A stretch of 59,848 bases of DNA, taken from NCBI GenBank assembly GCA_944329365.1, contig CALVIC010000005.1, forward strand, positions 1 through 59,848, in the 5' to 3' direction. A program made the position numbers and the translations under genes. Shown here piece after piece: positions 1-9,161 of the stretch; the first letter of the stretch is position 1, and the number at the start of each line of letters is the position of its first letter. The notes beneath the pieces are model-generated. The model ran no database searches. It was given only the letters and a program-made list of their open reading frames with translations, and was not told where the DNA came from. The stretch is from an uncultured Bacilli bacterium. GTDB lineage: Bacteria; Bacillota_I; Bacilli_A; RF39; UBA660.

Positions 1-60
1 ACCACTATCCAAGTATGGGTACTTGACCCCCTCTTTACATTGTCTAAAAAAATGATAACA

Positions 61-110
61 TCCCAAGCTTGATTTTTATGGGAGGGGGGGTGTACAATGA
101 AATTGTACAT
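61..110 (+). promoter_or_regulatory. Conserved promoter/operator cassette, copy 1 (TTGATT-18 bp with G7-TACAAT, overlapping palindrome TGTACAAT-gaa-ATTGTACA)
   Basis: Near-identical to 23035-23089 and 48395-48448. Confidence 0.75.
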
Positions 111-127
111 AAAATAGGAGTGATAAT

Positions 128-760
128 ATGCATAGAGAATATAAAAGAAGAAAAATAATAATATTACTTATATCTTTATTAGTAATTATTGTTATCTCTT
201 TATTAATTATTGTATTTAACAATAAAGAAGATAAAGAAAAAATAAAAATAGTAAATTATAAAGAAGCTGAAAAATTATATCAAGAATCTAATAATAAATG
301 TACAGATATACAAGATGAAAATGATAGTTTACTACTTTATCTAATATTTAGTAAACTTGATAAAGAAAGTAAACTAACTGATAGTATTCCATATGATGAA
401 TATGAAAATAAAGCAAAAACAATTTTAAAAACAGATGATATTCCTTCTAAAATAAATAACTATTTATATGATGGATATAGTTATACTTTAAATAATAATG
501 AAATAACTAGAACAAAAACTGAATGCGAAGAAAAGAATGTATCAAAAATCTATGGATACAGTAATGATAATAATACTTTGAGTCTATATATTTCATCAGG
601 TTATATCAAAAATGGAAAAGTATATAACTTAGAAGATATTGAAATAGGGGACTATGACAAAAACAAAATAAACAAAACATTAGATAGTGGAACTATTAAA
701 ATATATAATTACAAAAATGAAAATGGAAGCTACATCTTAGATAACATAAGCTCTGATTAA
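128..760 (+). CDS. Membrane-anchored extracellular protein; chimeric paralog of 51418..52053
   Basis: N-terminal TM. About 38 mismatches over 180 aa versus the 51418 protein (hand count). First 38 nt identical to the 48471 gene. Confidence 0.85.
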   Translation: MHREYKRRKIIILLISLLVIIVISLLIIVFNNKEDKEKIKIVNYKEAEKLYQESNNKCTDIQDENDSLLLYLIFSKLDKESKLTDSIPYDEYENKAKTILKTDDIPSKINNYLYDGYSYTLNNNEITRTKTECEEKNVSKIYGYSNDNNTLSLYISSGYIKNGKVYNLEDIEIGDYDKNKINKTLDSGTIKIYNYKNENGSYILDNISSD

Positions 761-774
761 ATTCAGAGTTTTTT
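749..774 (+). terminator. Intrinsic terminator
   Basis: AGCTCTGA...TCAGAGTT plus T-run; same hairpin follows the paralog at 52042-52066. Confidence 0.7.
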
Positions 775-784
775 ACTAATAACA

Positions 785-980
785 AAAAAGACAGACACAT
801 AAATGCCTGCCTAACTATTGTAACATTCATCCCATTCTGTTTAGGAGTTATAAAGAAAGGTTGTAATAATAAGGAAAAAGATTATTTAACACTTAACAAA
901 ATTATATAATCTTAAGATTTAATACAAATCAAATTATTGATATTTAGTAATGTTACAATATAATGGGAAAACTCCCACTA
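785..980 (-). ncRNA. Candidate ~200-nt small RNA
   Basis: Minus-strand TTGAAA...TGaTATATT promoter (~986-1013), terminator AGGCAGGCA/TGTCTGTCT+U-run (785-813), 12-bp closing stem 816-827/949-960, no ORF. Confidence 0.55.
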
Positions 981-1113
981 AAATTAATATATCATAATAT
1001 AACAATATTTCAAGCCATTTTTCCTTAATTATCCATCATTTTACGTAAAGCGCCACCTTGTATTTACTGGACTAAACATGTTATAATTTAAAAAGAAAGG
1101 CCCGGGTGATTAA

Positions 1114-1350
1114 ATGGATACATTCAAAAAAATATTACTCTTTATCTTAGGCGTTGTTCTCGTTCTTGCTTTCTTTTCAATGTTTTTCTATGTTATTTTA
1201 TTCCTAGCAATATGCACATTAATATATACTCTTTATAGATTATTTAAAGATAACATTCAGACCTTCAAAAAAAATAAAAACACTAAAACCAAAAAGAAAG
1301 TGGGACCAGTAATAATAGAAGCAAAAGAATCAGATTATAGGGAAAAATAA
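1114..1350 (+). CDS. Small membrane protein
   Basis: Long hydrophobic N-terminus, basic tail; overlaps the mutM start (TAATG). Confidence 0.75.
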   Translation: MDTFKKILLFILGVVLVLAFFSMFFYVILFLAICTLIYTLYRLFKDNIQTFKKNKNTKTKKKVGPVIIEAKESDYREK

Positions 1351-2159
1351 TGCCTGAATTACCTGAAGTTGAAACTGTTAAAAACACCTTAAAAAACATA
1401 GTCATAGGTAAAAAAATAATTGCTTCAAATATCTACTGGGATAATATAATTGCCTATCCAAAACCCAAAGAGTTCAAACAAAAAATAAAAAACCAAACCA
1501 TAAACGACGTTAAAAGAAGGGGGAAATGGCTCATGTTTGAACTTGATGATTATTTTCTTTTAAGTCACCTTCGAATGGAAGGAAAATATTTCTTTAAGCA
1601 TGAAAAAGCCCCATTAAATAAGCATGAACACGTAACCTTTACATTTTCTGACGGAACAGAACTAAGATACCATGACACCAGAAAATTTGGCAAAATGTAT
1701 CTTTTAGATAAAGAAAACATCAATAATGTCAAACCACTCTCGGACCTCGGATTAGAACCTTGGGATGAAAATCTAACACCTAATTATTTAAAGTCAAAAT
1801 TCAAAAACAAACCGGTAAAAACAGAACTACTTGATCAAAGCATTATCGTTGGGATTGGCAACATCTATGCCGACGAAATACTTTTCCTAAGTAAAATAAA
1901 CCCCGAAGAAATAGCCTCTAATTTATCCACCATAAAACTAAAAAGAATCATTGAAAACACCAAGAAAGTTTTAGAAACTGCCATTAACTATGGTGGAACC
2001 ACGATAAAAAGCTATGAATCAAGTGAAGGAGTTCACGGAAGATTTCAATCTAAATTGTTAGTTCATACCAAAGAAAATTGTCCTAAATGCGCAGCAAAAA
2101 TAAGTAAAATAGTAGTAGGAGGCAGAAGTACGTATTTCTGTCCAAAATGTCAAAAATAG
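1350..2159 (+). CDS. mutM: Formamidopyrimidine-DNA glycosylase
   Basis: MPELPEVE, HLRMEG, GIGNIYADE, C-terminal C4 zinc finger. Confidence 0.97.
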   Translation: MPELPEVETVKNTLKNIVIGKKIIASNIYWDNIIAYPKPKEFKQKIKNQTINDVKRRGKWLMFELDDYFLLSHLRMEGKYFFKHEKAPLNKHEHVTFTFSDGTELRYHDTRKFGKMYLLDKENINNVKPLSDLGLEPWDENLTPNYLKSKFKNKPVKTELLDQSIIVGIGNIYADEILFLSKINPEEIASNLSTIKLKRIIENTKKVLETAINYGGTTIKSYESSEGVHGRFQSKLLVHTKENCPKCAAKISKIVVGGRSTYFCPKCQK

Positions 2160-2171
2160 GAGGAATCTTTT

Positions 2172-3581
2172 ATGAAAAAAACTAAAATAATCTGTTCAAT
2201 TGGCCCAGCCAGTTCCAAATACGAAACATTCAAACAAATGGTGTTAAATGGCATGAACGTTGCCCGAATCAACTTCTCTCATGCCACTGAAGAAGAAATA
2301 AAAACCACCTTGCATTTAGTAAAAAAAGTTAATGAGGAATTAAACAAACACATTGCCATTTTATATGACACTAAAGGACCAGACTTTAGAACTGGTAAAA
2401 CTAAAAACGGAAGCATTAACCTTGAAAAAGGTAAAAACATTAAAATCGTCAAAGACGATATCCTAGGTACTGAAGAATCTTTTACTGTCAACTATAAAAA
2501 CGCTCTAGACAGTATTGAAATAGGAAACACAATTCTTTTAGAAGATGGACTGATGAAACTAGAAGTAATAGACAAAAACAAAAAAGGACTAAACTGTAAA
2601 ATTATCGAAGGTGGAATCCTAAAAGATCGAAAAGGAGTAGCCGTTCCTGGCGTTAATCTGAACTTAGACTTCATAAGTGAAGCAGACCGCAAAGACATAA
2701 TCTACGCCTGCCGAAACGATGGTGACTTTATTGCTCTATCATTCGTTAGTTGTCCAGAAGATGTTTTAGCTGTCAGAGAAATCCTTAAAGAAGAAAATAG
2801 AGAAGACATGCAGCTAATTTCTAAAATTGAAAGTGAAGCCGCCATTAAAAACTTAGATGCCATAATCAAAGTAAGTGATGGAATCATGGTCGCAAGAGGT
2901 GACCTAGGAGTCGAAGTTCCAATGGATAAACTTCCAATCTATCAAAAACAAATAATTGAAAAATGCCGTACAGTTGGAAGAACATGCATCGTCGCCACCG
3001 AAATGCTGGCCTCAATGTACACCAGTGCAAGACCAACGCGAGCTGAAATATCCGACGTTGCCAATGCGGTTTTAGACGGAACCGATGCCGTTATGCTATC
3101 AGGTGAAACAACTGTTGGAACCCATCCCGCAGACGCTGTTAAATACATGGCCGAAGCTTGCACATCTGCCGAAGAATACTACGATTATCAAAATCAAAAA
3201 TCATATGCTAGAAAAGACAGAATCCCGTCAGCCATCGCTCAAAATGTTATCGACACGGATAAACTCTTAAATCCAAAATTAATCGTTGTCGCAACAGCTA
3301 CCGGCTACACAGCTAAATTAGTCAGCACCCTAAAACCGAAAACAAATATCTTAGCTGCTTGCAATAACGAAAAAATTGCCCGTTCTCTCGCTTTAAATTA
3401 TGGCGTTTATCCAGAAATCGTCAAACCATATAAAACAATAGAAGAATTAATTAAAACTTGTAAAACAAAAGCCCAAGAATTTATGGACCTAAAACCGGGA
3501 GATTTAATCATTATAACCGGGGGCTTCCCAGTTACTAACAAATTAAAATCAACTAACTTCCTAAAAGTTGAAACAATCTAA
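2172..3581 (+). CDS. pyk: Pyruvate kinase
   Basis: TKIICSIGP, RINFSH, DTKGP, SKIE, MVARGDLG, PTRAE, MLSGET. Confidence 0.97.
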   Translation: MKKTKIICSIGPASSKYETFKQMVLNGMNVARINFSHATEEEIKTTLHLVKKVNEELNKHIAILYDTKGPDFRTGKTKNGSINLEKGKNIKIVKDDILGTEESFTVNYKNALDSIEIGNTILLEDGLMKLEVIDKNKKGLNCKIIEGGILKDRKGVAVPGVNLNLDFISEADRKDIIYACRNDGDFIALSFVSCPEDVLAVREILKEENREDMQLISKIESEAAIKNLDAIIKVSDGIMVARGDLGVEVPMDKLPIYQKQIIEKCRTVGRTCIVATEMLASMYTSARPTRAEISDVANAVLDGTDAVMLSGETTVGTHPADAVKYMAEACTSAEEYYDYQNQKSYARKDRIPSAIAQNVIDTDKLLNPKLIVVATATGYTAKLVSTLKPKTNILAACNNEKIARSLALNYGVYPEIVKPYKTIEELIKTCKTKAQEFMDLKPGDLIIITGGFPVTNKLKSTNFLKVETI

Positions 3582-3591
3582 AAAGATGATG

Positions 3592-4707
3592 TTAGCGAAT
3601 AATAACCTTGTGTTTATATTCGTCCAAAACATCATCTTCTTTTATATGATAAATCGCACAAACCCTTTTTTCGATATCGAGTGCCTTAAAACCCTTTTCG
3701 TATTTCGTCAAAATTGGAATATTAGAGTAATCTTTTATACTCTTTAAATACTCTTTTCCCCTCAGATTAAAACCTAAAACTCTAATATATTCTAGTCTTC
3801 GCGTCTGTAAAGCCTCGCTCTTTGTAAAACCGCATAAAATATGTAAAAACATTCTGTTTAATTTGACATAAGTATATCTTTTACTCTTGACCATTTTTAT
3901 CAAATCATCTAAATTATTGGCCTCTAAAATAACTTTTTTTATTCGTCCTTCAATACCTTCATCGACTCCTAAATACTTACTTAAATCGTCATCGCTTATA
4001 ATCTTGTATTTAAGCAAATCGAAATAATCATCCATAAAATGCAAATTATTCAAATTATCGTAAGTAACTGAAGGAACATAATCACAAACAGAAACCCCAT
4101 TTCTTAATGCCTTTCTTATACTAGTCGCACTTGTAATCTTTCCTGTTAAACACTCATCATTATAATCATTTGTTCTTTTAATCGTCCGCACTTCGATATT
4201 AGTATCCCTAAAACCTCTGACATAGCCAAGACCAAGTAAATCGTTAGACTTACTGATTGCCATGCCCCCTAAATCCTCTAAAGCTAAAGACATACTAGTT
4301 GGATAATTTTTGCCCAAAGCCAAATAATTTTTAACTCGCATTTGATACTTCGGACTATCTTGAATCAAAACCATTCGCTTAAGCATCTCGATATCATTAC
4401 TCTCACTTCCAAACACAAACGCTGAAATACCTAAATGCTTAAAAATCTCACATCCCATACTCGTAAAAATATCGGCAGCCTGCGTCGCATAGACAAACGG
4501 TAGCTCGATGACCAAATCCACATAATTAAGGGCAATCTCGCACTTCTTCCACTTATCTATTAAACTAGCGTCCCCCCTTTGAGTGAAATTACCACTCATC
4601 ACTAAAACAATCACATAATCTGGGTATAACTCTCGCACCTTTTGAATATGATAAATGTGTCCATTGTGCATCGGATTATACTCGCAAATAATTCCTACAG
4701 CCTTCAA
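3592..4707 (-). CDS. tmcAL: tRNA(Met) cytidine acetate ligase (YlbM family)
   Basis: GIICEYNPMHNGH, MSGNFTQRG, SATSIR, KSKRYTY. Confidence 0.9.
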   Translation of the reverse strand: MKAVGIICEYNPMHNGHIYHIQKVRELYPDYVIVLVMSGNFTQRGDASLIDKWKKCEIALNYVDLVIELPFVYATQAADIFTSMGCEIFKHLGISAFVFGSESNDIEMLKRMVLIQDSPKYQMRVKNYLALGKNYPTSMSLALEDLGGMAISKSNDLLGLGYVRGFRDTNIEVRTIKRTNDYNDECLTGKITSATSIRKALRNGVSVCDYVPSVTYDNLNNLHFMDDYFDLLKYKIISDDDLSKYLGVDEGIEGRIKKVILEANNLDDLIKMVKSKRYTYVKLNRMFLHILCGFTKSEALQTRRLEYIRVLGFNLRGKEYLKSIKDYSNIPILTKYEKGFKALDIEKRVCAIYHIKEDDVLDEYKHKVIIR

Positions 4708-4847
4708 AGAAAATCACCTCGTAAAATAATTCTATCATTAAGAAAAAAATAATGCAAACAAGTGTCAAATTTTAAGCAAAATCATTTCATCCTAGTTTGA
4801 CAAAGAAATAAAATATAGTATAATTTAGATATTAAGGAGTGAGATGT

Positions 4848-5531
4848 ATGAGTGGGGAGGACGACAGGAAATTTTATGAAATTTGTATAAACTCTATAAA
4901 GGCGGAAGTAAACAAGGTTAAATCGATTGAAAAAAGCCTTACCGAAACTAACCGCGGCCAAGTTTTAGACCTTTGTGAAAAATGTACTAAAAACATTCAC
5001 TTTGTTCTAGAAAATTGGTTATCTAAAGAAAACCGAGAAAAATATCTTGATGAAAATCCAGAAGTTAGAAAAACTTTAGGTAAATACTATAACCTTGCAG
5101 TTTATTCGGTTAACTCTGAAATGACGCAAATTAGTATTGCCGAAAGACACCTTAATTATTCCAATTTTATTCAAATAGCCGACCTTTGTGAAGCCAGTGC
5201 AAATCGTATTCGCTATGTCTTAAACGATTGGCTTAGTAATGGTGTCAAAACAGAGTTTTTAAAAGAGTATCCTGATGTTGAAAAAACCACTGAAAATTAC
5301 ATCGAAGGTAAAAATAAATTTATTTTGTCATATATTGAATTTCTTTATAACTCAAATATGCGAAAATACCTTGATCCAAAATGTATTGAAATGTATGAAC
5401 ATTATCAAGTTCAGAACCTTCTTAAAGACTTAGGTAATGAAACCTTATCAGACAGTAGCGTTAATGGTGAGATCATTAGTAAAGAAAAAGAAGATGAAAA
5501 CACCGACCAAAAACGCTTAACCAATTTGTAG
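4848..5531 (+). CDS. Hypothetical protein with internal two-fold repeat
   Basis: RBS AAGGAGTG; promoter TTGACA 4797/TATAAT 4819; two DLCE..I..VL..WLS...L.E.P.V.KT units. Confidence 0.8.
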   Translation: MSGEDDRKFYEICINSIKAEVNKVKSIEKSLTETNRGQVLDLCEKCTKNIHFVLENWLSKENREKYLDENPEVRKTLGKYYNLAVYSVNSEMTQISIAERHLNYSNFIQIADLCEASANRIRYVLNDWLSNGVKTEFLKEYPDVEKTTENYIEGKNKFILSYIEFLYNSNMRKYLDPKCIEMYEHYQVQNLLKDLGNETLSDSSVNGEIISKEKEDENTDQKRLTNL

Positions 5532-5555
5532 TGCTTTTGTAGGCACTACTTTTTT
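5528..5555 (+). terminator. Intrinsic terminator
   Basis: GTAGTGC/GCACTAC plus T6. Confidence 0.8.
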
Positions 5556-5616
5556 AATCAAATTTGACATCTCTTCAAAAATATAGTAGAGTAAACAAAC
5601 GTTTGGAGGAATAAAT

Positions 5617-6072
5617 ATGAAAAAACAAATAACTACAATGGAAATGTACGAAAAAGACATAGAAGACTTAGAAGCAGCTGTATTAGATGGTGAAGAGCTA
5701 TTAGAAAATATCGACCTAGACTCAAATCAAACAAGTAATGATAGTTATACTAAAGCTTTAAATGAACTAAGAAGACGTTATATTAAGCAAAAGGATCCCG
5801 ACGAGGAAAAAGCTCGTAACCTGCAAAACAATCTAGAAATATCTAAAAAAATGCTTGAAGATGGATACACAGGTTTTGAAAGCCAATATCAAGCATCAAA
5901 ATCTATCAACGTCCCAGTAAATGGTCGTCTAGTTTCTAGTATGAGTAAAGAAGAATATTATCAAAGATATTTCTCAAAAAGAATTCATAATCTTTGCGGA
6001 GTAATCTATAGCTTAATAAAAGAACTGGAACCCCAAAAAATAGCTAAACAAAAAGTCTACGCAAGAAGATAA
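5617..6072 (+). CDS. Hypothetical helical protein
   Basis: RBS GGAGG, own TTGACA promoter at 5564. Confidence 0.8.
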   Translation: MKKQITTMEMYEKDIEDLEAAVLDGEELLENIDLDSNQTSNDSYTKALNELRRRYIKQKDPDEEKARNLQNNLEISKKMLEDGYTGFESQYQASKSINVPVNGRLVSSMSKEEYYQRYFSKRIHNLCGVIYSLIKELEPQKIAKQKVYARR

Positions 6073-6130
6073 CCCATTGACCATAAAATAACCACGTGAT
6101 AAAATATAAATAGTAAAGGAGGTATGTTCG

Positions 6131-6442
6131 ATGAATGAAAGAATAGAAAAGGAGAGACAAAGGCTAAAAAAATATAACAAAACAGCTAGAGACATTATGG
6201 CTCGAAGAGATGAAATCATTGGGAACATGTACCAAGCCATACGTCCGACCCTAAAAGATACTCTTACCGACGAAGAAATTATAAAACAAGCCACTGAACT
6301 TGCTGATATAGCTTTGAAACTTCAATTAGAAGAAGTTAATCGTGCTAATGATGAAATCAGAAAACTAAACAGTGAAAAAGTCCCTACAGAAGAACAAATA
6401 TTAGACGAACCTGAACAATCACAAATGAGACGTCATCTTTAA
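6131..6442 (+). CDS. Hypothetical coiled-coil protein
   Basis: RBS AAGGAGGT, promoter TTGACC 6077/TAAAAT 6100, terminator after stop. Confidence 0.8.
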   Translation: MNERIEKERQRLKKYNKTARDIMARRDEIIGNMYQAIRPTLKDTLTDEEIIKQATELADIALKLQLEEVNRANDEIRKLNSEKVPTEEQILDEPEQSQMRRHL

Positions 6443-6529
6443 AATAGGAAAAAACCTATTTTTTTCTTTGCATTAGCAAGAAAAAAGTGTTACAATTATC
6501 ATTGCCTAATCAAGGCGGGAGGTAATTAA

Positions 6530-6958
6530 ATGATGAATATTAAAGATTTTGAAGCATTTTGTGCAAATGCTTATGAACTTATAAATGAACGTGATAATTT
6601 AGAAGAAATGAAAAAAGTATCTAAAGAAGTCGGCACAGAAATCAATGACCTATATGATGATGAAGAAATTAAAGGAGTTACCTTTATCACTAAAGTTAAT
6701 GATTACATTGAAGACGAAGAAGAATTAAATAATAGAATACTTTTATTTGAACAAAAATGGCAAGAATATATTGAAGAGTGTTTTAAACAAAACCCATTAC
6801 TTTTCTACTTTAAATATACAATTGGTATCAATAATATAAAAGACGCTGAAGACCGCAAAAAAATAGAAGAATATGAACAGAAAATTATTGAATATACCGA
6901 AATTGCCGCTAAAATATATCCAGAATTACAAAGAAATCAAAAAGTAAAGATTAAGTAG
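6530..6958 (+). CDS. Hypothetical acidic protein
   Basis: RBS GGAGGT, promoter TTGCAT...TGtTACAAT, terminator AGTAGGC/GCCTGCT. Confidence 0.8.
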   Translation: MMNIKDFEAFCANAYELINERDNLEEMKKVSKEVGTEINDLYDDEEIKGVTFITKVNDYIEDEEELNNRILLFEQKWQEYIEECFKQNPLLFYFKYTIGINNIKDAEDRKKIEEYEQKIIEYTEIAAKIYPELQRNQKVKIK

Positions 6959-7025
6959 GCCTATGCCTGCTTTTTAAGTTGACATCTCCTTAAACCCAAA
7001 GTATAATTTAAACTAGGTGAAAGAT

Positions 7026-7412
7026 ATGAAAAAAGGATTTACCCTAATCGAACTTCTAGCTGTAATAGTTATCCTAGGCATTATTGCGACAATCGTTATT
7101 CCGGCCATTACCGATACGATTAATAATTCAAGAGAAGATGCCTTTGAAGAACAAAAATCTGTAGTTTTGAATGCTGCCAAGCGCTGGGGAACCGAAAACA
7201 TTAGAGAGCTTCCTTTAAATAATGGTCAGTCAATCGAAAAAAGTCTAAAATGCCTAAAAGAAGAAGGATACTTAAATAGTGAAAAAGAAGTTATCGATCC
7301 AACAACCGATGAAAAAATGAATGGATGTGTAAAGATAACTTATGATGAATCTAATAATCAATATAAATATCAGTACCAAAGTACTTGTTCAAAAAATGAG
7401 GTCTGTAACTAA
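7026..7412 (+). CDS. Type IV pilin-like protein (class III signal peptide)
   Basis: KKG-FTLIELLAVIVILGII; promoter TTGACA-17-TATAAT at 6979-7007. Confidence 0.9.
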   Translation: MKKGFTLIELLAVIVILGIIATIVIPAITDTINNSREDAFEEQKSVVLNAAKRWGTENIRELPLNNGQSIEKSLKCLKEEGYLNSEKEVIDPTTDEKMNGCVKITYDESNNQYKYQYQSTCSKNEVCN

Positions 7413-7858
7413 TGAAAAAAATTTACGAACTTACCCTAAAATATTATAAAAAGTATGATGAAATAATTAATTATTTAATATTTGGTGTTTTAACCACCCT
7501 CGTTACTATTATAACCTATGCTATTTTTACAAATACATTTTTATCATCCAAATCGGCACTAGACATTCAAATTGCTAATGTCCTTTCGTGGATTATTGCC
7601 GTAACTTTTGCCTATCTTACTAACCGTAAATATGTCTTTAAAAGCAAAGCCCAAGGTTCCAAACGAATTAAAGAAATAATTAACTTCTTTTTAGCTAGAA
7701 TCTCATCATTACTTGTCGAAATGTTATTTATGTACATAACAGTAACCCTTTTATCTTATAATGACTTTATCTGTAAAATAATTGCCCAAGCCATAGTTAT
7801 TATATTTAACTATATCTGTAGTAAACTTATCATATTTAAAAAAGAAGAAAATCATTAA
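7412..7858 (+). CDS. GtrA-family membrane protein
   Basis: YLIFGVLTT, AYLTNRKYVF, NYICSKLIIF; 4 TM. Confidence 0.9.
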   Translation: MKKIYELTLKYYKKYDEIINYLIFGVLTTLVTIITYAIFTNTFLSSKSALDIQIANVLSWIIAVTFAYLTNRKYVFKSKAQGSKRIKEIINFFLARISSLLVEMLFMYITVTLLSYNDFICKIIAQAIVIIFNYICSKLIIFKKEENH

Positions 7859-7879
7859 TTTCCACATTTTCTTCTTTTT

Positions 7880-7896
7880 TTCGACAAAAACCGACA
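7880..7896 (-). promoter_or_regulatory. Putative tandem Spo0A boxes
   Basis: TTCGACA (= TGTCGAA on minus strand) plus ACCGACA 10 bp downstream. Confidence 0.45.
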
Positions 7897-7931
7897 AAAG
7901 AAATATATATAATTAAGCCAGGTGATAATAA

Positions 7932-9161
7932 ATGGATAAAATAGACATAATACTTTTGGATATTAACAATATAATACTACCTTTAAGCTTATATTTACTT
8001 TATACTGCATACTCCAAAACCTTTGACAAAAAAGAAAACGAATTAGTTTTTGTTATTGCAATATTTACGATGATTTATATGATATTTAAATTTGCTAAAC
8101 CTTTATTTCTGGGAATACCTTTAATTATAATTAATATTCCTTTAGTTTTAGCTTATTTGAAAAAATCGAAACTAACTATTTTGTTTTGTTCAATCTTAAT
8201 TGCCGGTTACTACATGACCTTTTATCAAAACCTCTATATTTTAATTATAGCTGAATATGTTATCTATTATTTACTATATCTAAAAGACGAAAAAAATTTA
8301 GATATCAAAAAATTTATAATCGAATTTTGCCTTATTAAAATGATTTCCTTGCTAATCTTAAACATGTCCATAAACGGCTTTATTCCAAATCAAACCATAA
8401 ACATCGTAATTATCTCTATGTTACTATTCATCTTAACATCTGGAGCCGTCTTCCTGCATACTAGAGTAGAGGATGTTTTAAAACTTCATATGAGCCTAAA
8501 AGAAATCGAGCACGATAAAGAAATCAAATCATCATTATTTCAAATAACCCACGAAATTAAAAATCCGATTGCCGTATGTAAAGGCTACCTCGATATGTTT
8601 GACGTAAACAATCAGGACCATGCCAAAAAATACATTCCAATTTTAAAAGAAGAAATCAACCGGACCTTATTACTCTTAGAAGACTTCCTGGCCATGAATA
8701 AAATAAAAATAAATAAAGAACCAGTCGATATTAACCTTCTCCTAGAAGACGTTATCAAAAACACTAAACTATTATTTAACTCCTATAAAATAAAGCTTGA
8801 AGCCGATCTAAAAGACGATGAAATATATATAAACGGTGATTATAACCGTCTAGTTCAAGTTTTTATTAACCTTTTAAAAAATAGCTGTGAAGCTGACGGT
8901 GTAACAAAAATAAAAATTTGGACCAAAATAAATAATGACCAAATTAAAGTTTATATTGAAGATAATGGAGTAGGAATGGATAAAGAAACCTTAAATAAAA
9001 TCAAAGAACCATTTTACACAACTAAAGCTAGAGGAACTGGATTAGGTGTATCTTTATCCGACGAAATAATAACCGCACATCAAGGAGTATTAGATTATAC
9101 ATCTAAACCCGAAAAATACACTAGAGCAACCGTAATTTTACCAATAGAAAAAGCCTTTTAG
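7932..9161 (+). CDS. Membrane sensor histidine kinase, no adjacent response regulator (sporulation-kinase-like)
   Basis: Multiple TM, THEIKNP H-box, NLLKNS, DNGVGM, FYTTK, GTGLG. Confidence 0.9.
   Translation: MDKIDIILLDINNIILPLSLYLLYTAYSKTFDKKENELVFVIAIFTMIYMIFKFAKPLFLGIPLIIINIPLVLAYLKKSKLTILFCSILIAGYYMTFYQNLYILIIAEYVIYYLLYLKDEKNLDIKKFIIEFCLIKMISLLILNMSINGFIPNQTINIVIISMLLFILTSGAVFLHTRVEDVLKLHMSLKEIEHDKEIKSSLFQITHEIKNPIAVCKGYLDMFDVNNQDHAKKYIPILKEEINRTLLLLEDFLAMNKIKINKEPVDINLLLEDVIKNTKLLFNSYKIKLEADLKDDEIYINGDYNRLVQVFINLLKNSCEADGVTKIKIWTKINNDQIKVYIEDNGVGMDKETLNKIKEPFYTTKARGTGLGVSLSDEIITAHQGVLDYTSKPEKYTRATVILPIEKAF

Noticed and set aside
10-25. Hairpin CAAGTA-tggg-TACTTG as an IS200/605-like end
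   Set aside because: At the window edge, with no transposase or second end visible
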